Assembly: GCA_001179505.1 (NCBI GenBank)
Contig: CDMY01000240.1
Location: 1 to 64,000 of the forward strand
DNA from: Vitrella brassicaformis CCMP3155
Lineage: Eukaryota > Protista > Chromerida
Direction: 5' to 3'
Length of the DNA stretch: 64,000 nt
Each line of letters begins with the position of its first letter. Position 1 is the stretch's first letter. This document shows positions 59,815-64,000 of the stretch, piece by piece. The position numbers were made by a program, and so were the translations under genes. The notes under the pieces were generated by a model that made no database searches, was not told the origin of the DNA, and saw only the letters and a program-made list of their open reading frames with translations.

Positions 59815-60306
59815 TCATCCCAACACTCTCCCCTATCGATGACGGCACTTTCGAGACCGAATGGCCACAGCAGACGGCGAGCGGCACCAACCGACACAGA
59901 GTAGCGGTCGGCGAGCGGATGAGGCCGATCGGCAGCAGATGGCTCGGTCGTGTACAGCTCGACGAGGCCATCTCCCACCCGCAGATGGGCAGCGACGGTC
60001 TCGTTGAGTCGGAATCCGATCAGAATGACATCACGATGGTCTTCTATATTGCCCCGATCGTAGCGGTAGTCGACAGCGATGCCCTGATCCTCTGGGATGT
60101 TGTCTGTTCTCAGCAGACGGCCGTAGCGAGCGTCGCCACGGCCGATGTCGGCCCACAGCACCATCTTCTGCTCCACTCCCTCTCCATCCGACCACCATAA
60201 GAGCACCCTGTCCAGCAGGAAGGCCGAGAAGGAGCGATTGAGCCATTCGCCCTGTCGGATGGCGGGGTCGGCCCGCTTATATCCCTCAGCGTAGGGATGG
60301 CCGCCC
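59815..60306 (-). pseudogene. Orphan C-terminal half of a family A gene, in tandem behind 60402-61538
   Basis: Begins abruptly at GGHPYAEGYKRADPAIR and runs to FGLESAVIDRG; its variable loops differ from the upstream full copy. Confidence 0.85.
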
Positions 60307-60401
60307 GTCCCCCCATTCATCGCACCTACTTCAAATCACTCAGTCCCCTTCCACCCGCCCTCTAACACCGCCACCAACACCCAATCGCCAGCCAGCACTC
60401 C

Positions 60402-61538
60402 TCACCCCGCGCCCATCACCCTCCCCCTGTCGATGACGACACTCTCGAGATCGAATCGCCGCAGCACAGCACACCACAGGGGCATTGACACGGGGAAGCG
60501 GTCGGAGAGCGGATGAGTCCGATCAGCAGCAGATGGCTCGGTCGTCCACACAGTGATGTAGCCATTTCCGACCCTCAGATGGGTAGCGACGGTCTCGCCG
60601 AATCGCCAGCCGCTCACAATCACACGACGACAGTCCCCCGCATCAGCAAAATTCAGACTGCCCCGGTCGTAGCGGTAGCCGACAGCGATGCCCTGATCCT
60701 CCGTGATGTTGTCTGTCCTCAGCAGGCGGCCATAGCGTGGGTCGTCACGGCCGATGTGTGCTTCAAGCACCAGCCTGTGATCCACTCCCTCTTCATCCGA
60801 CCACCAGAAGAGCAGCGAGTCAATCAGGAACGCCGAGAATGAGACGAAGAGATTGCCGCCGCATCGGATGACGGGGTCGGTCCGCTTGTAGCCTTCGGCA
60901 TACGGATGGCCGCCCGGCAGCTCACCCAATGACACCACACGAAAGGTCCACACATTGCCAATCCGATAGGCCCCATTGTCGGCTGGCTGCAGCGCCAGGC
61001 TGTGTGTGTTGTATGTGAGCAGGTGGCCGATGATTTTGTAGATGGCCATAGTCAGGGGCAGCTGGTGGAAGGCCGTTGATGCGGGCAGTGCGTCGGCCGA
61101 TAAACGGAGAGGCCGAGTCGCATTGAGAGGGGTGAGCCGGTAGATGAAGGCCAGCCAAAAGAACCGCCCCATCGCCCGCCACTCCTCGCCACTGCCCCGC
61201 TCCAGCACATAGACCGCCTTCAAGCCGGCCTCCACATCACCGCCAATGTCGAAGGCCAACACGTCCGCCAGGCCTCTTTGACTGAGGGCCTTGTCGATGT
61301 GCTGCTGGACGGCGTTGAGCAGGGTGCTGTTGACGGTCTCCGCAGTGTGGCCCAGCAGCTCCTGTTGCCGAGTGCGGGTGGCGAGCTGCGAGCGGAGAGC
61401 GGCTCGTCTGGCATAGTCAGTCGCCATGGCCATGGCGGCCATCTTGCTGATGGGCAATGACAGGTCAAAGAGGTCGGCGGGCTGGAAGAGGGCAGGGCCG
61501 GCGGGACGGGACGAGGGCGCCGCACCAGTGGGCTGCAT
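60402..61538 (-). CDS. Family A, subtype A1 (MQPTGAA variant), intact (378 aa)
   Basis: N-terminus nearly identical to 51220-52356; the C-terminal loops differ. Confidence 0.8.
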   Translation of the reverse strand: MQPTGAAPSSRPAGPALFQPADLFDLSLPISKMAAMAMATDYARRAALRSQLATRTRQQELLGHTAETVNSTLLNAVQQHIDKALSQRGLADVLAFDIGGDVEAGLKAVYVLERGSGEEWRAMGRFFWLAFIYRLTPLNATRPLRLSADALPASTAFHQLPLTMAIYKIIGHLLTYNTHSLALQPADNGAYRIGNVWTFRVVSLGELPGGHPYAEGYKRTDPVIRCGGNLFVSFSAFLIDSLLFWWSDEEGVDHRLVLEAHIGRDDPRYGRLLRTDNITEDQGIAVGYRYDRGSLNFADAGDCRRVIVSGWRFGETVATHLRVGNGYITVWTTEPSAADRTHPLSDRFPVSMPLWCAVLRRFDLESVVIDRGRVMGAG

Positions 61539-62161
61539 CGGGAGTGTCCTGAGGTCTCAGCGTGGCGTCACACAAGAGATCTGCAGCCACACACAACAGA
61601 CACACGGAGAGGGATCGGTTTGCAGCATTTCGATGCTTCATCTGTCTCTCTCGCTGCCCTCTCACCTCCAATGAGTGTCTTGAGAGCGAAAACGTCCAAT
61701 CCACTGATGGGGCTTTTTGCGAGCTTGCTTTGCAGATCTCTCCCCCTTTTTTGCGATGACAGGGCGGCGTGGAGTGCCTGGGAGGTGATCAAAGAGCCGC
61801 TGTGATGACATCGATCACCACAGATGTGGCGGTCATCTCTCTGACGGACGCTGATCTGACGCATTGAGGTGAGAGAGGGCACCCAAGAGGGTCTGATGAC
61901 ATCAGCAATGACAGCCTGTGTGGTCTCTGTGTGTGGTTGGGCAGGACTGAGTCGCCTTCTGCCTTGTTTATCTTGATCTTTGCGAGTGAGCAGACAGGCC
62001 GGCGTCGTTGTGCCTCGTGCACTGCACGTGGTCAACTTATGAAGGGTGAGAGAAGAACCACGCAAGCCGATTCAAAATGCACTCGCTGTTTGCTTCCTTG
62101 TGTGTGTTCTGTGTGCTCTCTGGCAGATGGTTGCCATGTGCTGACTGAGTGAGTCGTGGCG

Positions 62162-63221
62162 ATGTCTGATTTGGTGCCCGACGACCTGTGGCGGAGGCGC
62201 ATTCTGCCGTCCCTTCTCGTCCATGAGGCGGTCTGTGTCCGAGCGACCTGCCGGCCGAAGGCGGCTCTGGTGACCGCCGCTCTGCTGGTGGAGCGCATCG
62301 ACGGCTCCCTCGCCCGCCACTCCCTCACCGGCCTCATCGACATCGACCGCACCGCCCCTCTCCCATTCACCTATGTGCTGCGGGCGGCCTATGTGCTGGA
62401 GCAGGGCAGCAACGAGTGGCCTGGGATGCGGCGGTTCATCCGGCTGGCCGCCATCTATCGGCTGACGCCTGCCAATGGGCTGCCCCTGGTGCTGTCGGCT
62501 CAGTGGCTGACAGCCCACCTTCCCAGCAGGACGGCATTCCATCAGCTGCCATGGGCGATGGCCATCTACAAGATCATCGGCAATCTATCGGCTGTTCGGC
62601 CACCGGCTCACAGACGCAGGGAACAGCCTGGCGCTGCAGCAAATCGACGACAACGGACGCTATCGGATCGCCGGCGGTTGGCCGTTTCGTGTGGTGCCGT
62701 TGGGTGAGCTGCCGGGCGGCCATGGCTATGCTGAGGGCTACAAGCGGACCGACCCCGTCATCCGCTGGCCGGCCCTCCTCTTCCCCTCATTCTCGACATT
62801 CCTGCTGGAGAGGGTACTCGTCAGGTGGTGCTATGGTAAAGGAGCGGGCCAGAGGAAGGTGCTGCGTGCAGTCATCGGCCGTGATGATGCTCGGTATGGC
62901 CGTGTGCTGCTGACCGATAGCATCACAGAGGGTCTGGGCATCGTCGCCGACTTCCGCTACGATGGGGGCAATCTGAATGATGCGAATCCGATTGTTTTTC
63001 GTAGTGTCATTGTGAGCGGCTGGCGACCCAACGAGACCATCGCTGCTCACCTGTGGTTGGGAAGTGGCTACATCTATCTGTTCACGACCGAGGCACCCGT
63101 GGCTGATCGGTCTCAGCCGCTCGCCGACCGCTTCCCCGTGTCGGTTGGCGCCGCCCGCCGTCTGCTGCGGCCATTAGGTCTCGAGAGTGACGTCATCGAC
63201 AGGGGGACCGTGGTGGGGTGA
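62162..63221 (+). pseudogene. Family A, subtype A2, frameshifted by a 19-nt insertion at 62563-62581
   Basis: atggc[catctacaagatcatcggc]aatctatcgg versus atggcaatctatcgg in sibling A2 copies. Confidence 0.85.
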
Positions 63222-64000
63222 GAGGTGCCGACTGGCGCCTGATATGGTTCAACTTGGTGCTTTTAATGAGTTGGGGCAGGCTAATGGCTGCATGGGTGTC
63301 CATGTGTGTGTGTCCGTGTGTGTGTCTGAGCACTGACGCACATAGACTGACTTGAGTGCTCCGTAGGTCAGCGACAGTGACGATGACAAATTTCCCTTAC
63401 TCTCCGTATTTATGTACATAAACGTCCGTCCATCCGAACAGACCACAGGGCACTCACACAGACAGACAGACAGACAGACGGACGGACAGACGGACACACG
63501 CCCGTGCGTCCCACTCGCACGGCTAATAAAGGCCCCCCCTCCTCCCTCCCGCCCCTCTAGCTGTCGTCACTCGCGGACAAAATTGCGGGGAGGGGTCAAT
63601 CAATCGCAGCAACAGCCAAGATATGGCACACTCCATGCAGCACTTAAGACTAATCACCAAGCGTACCAATCACAATACCTGGCCCCATAGCAGCACAGAC
63701 GAACAGACGCAGCCAACGAGCAATCGGACAGGCTCAAATGTGAGTAGGGTGGGTGTGTCTGTGAGACACACACACAAACACACACACAGAGAGAGAGAGT
63801 CAGAGAGACGGAGACATTTTCCCCGTCCGGCCATCATATCAGACGCAGTGCTCAACGCCCAAGGCAGAACGGTGTGTGTCCATTTGTGGCTGGCCGCCCT
63901 CCTTCAGCTCATCAGAGATAGCAAAGAGCACAGCAAAGCCCAGAGACGCAGAGAGAACAGGCAGGCCGAGAGAGACACAGAACACAAAACACAAACCACA

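Larger units (their letters stand above)
59430..63250. repeat. Right arm of the large inverted segmental duplication
   Basis: Mirror of 49560-52745, with an extra half-gene at 59815-60306. Confidence 0.85.

Noticed and set aside
2776-63221. Diversity-generating retroelement as the cause of A-family variability
   Set aside because: No reverse transcriptase or template/variable repeat pair is visible, the variation includes indels and all four bases, and conversion tracts explain the pattern better.
49560-63250. Inverted arms as terminal inverted repeats of a DNA transposon or Maverick/Polinton
   Set aside because: The arms are diverged gene pairs, the interior holds ordinary spliced genes, and no transposase, integrase or polymerase or target-site duplication is evident.
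63622-63745. Possible first exon (MAHSMQHL...GSN|gtgag), with a homologous donor at about 32300
   Set aside because: The homologous copy lacks the same ATG frame and no downstream exon can be verified before the window ends.

Overview
Eukaryotic, intron-rich, GC-rich DNA. Introns are short GT-AG type and packed with (GT)n, (CTGT)n, (GGAT)n and (GA)n microsatellites. Together with bipartite signal-plus-transit presequences this points to a chromerid alga, most likely Vitrella brassicaformis (inference; no search run). Single-copy genes: tRNA 2'-phosphotransferase TPT1, a PHAX-like RNA-export protein, organellar methionyl-tRNA synthetase, a secreted FG-GAP-propeller/RTX adhesin-like protein, TRAPPC2 (sedlin), class II DAHP synthase, a plastid-targeted SAP+S4 protein, another plastid-targeted protein, and an F-box/RCC1 protein. 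Much of the rest is three expanded families, which I label A, B and D. A: 9 full-length copies with two interchangeable N-termini (A1, and F-box-like A2), plus orphan 3' pieces. B: 3 copies, F-box-like, with putative myristoylated N-termini. D: 3 copies of a secreted protein. Every full-length A and B gene sits in a head-to-head pair. A copies show a near-constant N-terminus, a framework-plus-hypervariable C-terminus, patchwork identity between copies, a recombination scar, and promoterless spare 3' cassettes. This suggests a gene-conversion-driven diversifying receptor or ubiquitin-ligase-adaptor system (hypothesis). Two 300-N assembly gaps are present. No rRNA, tRNA, CRISPR array or recognisable transposase/RT was seen.
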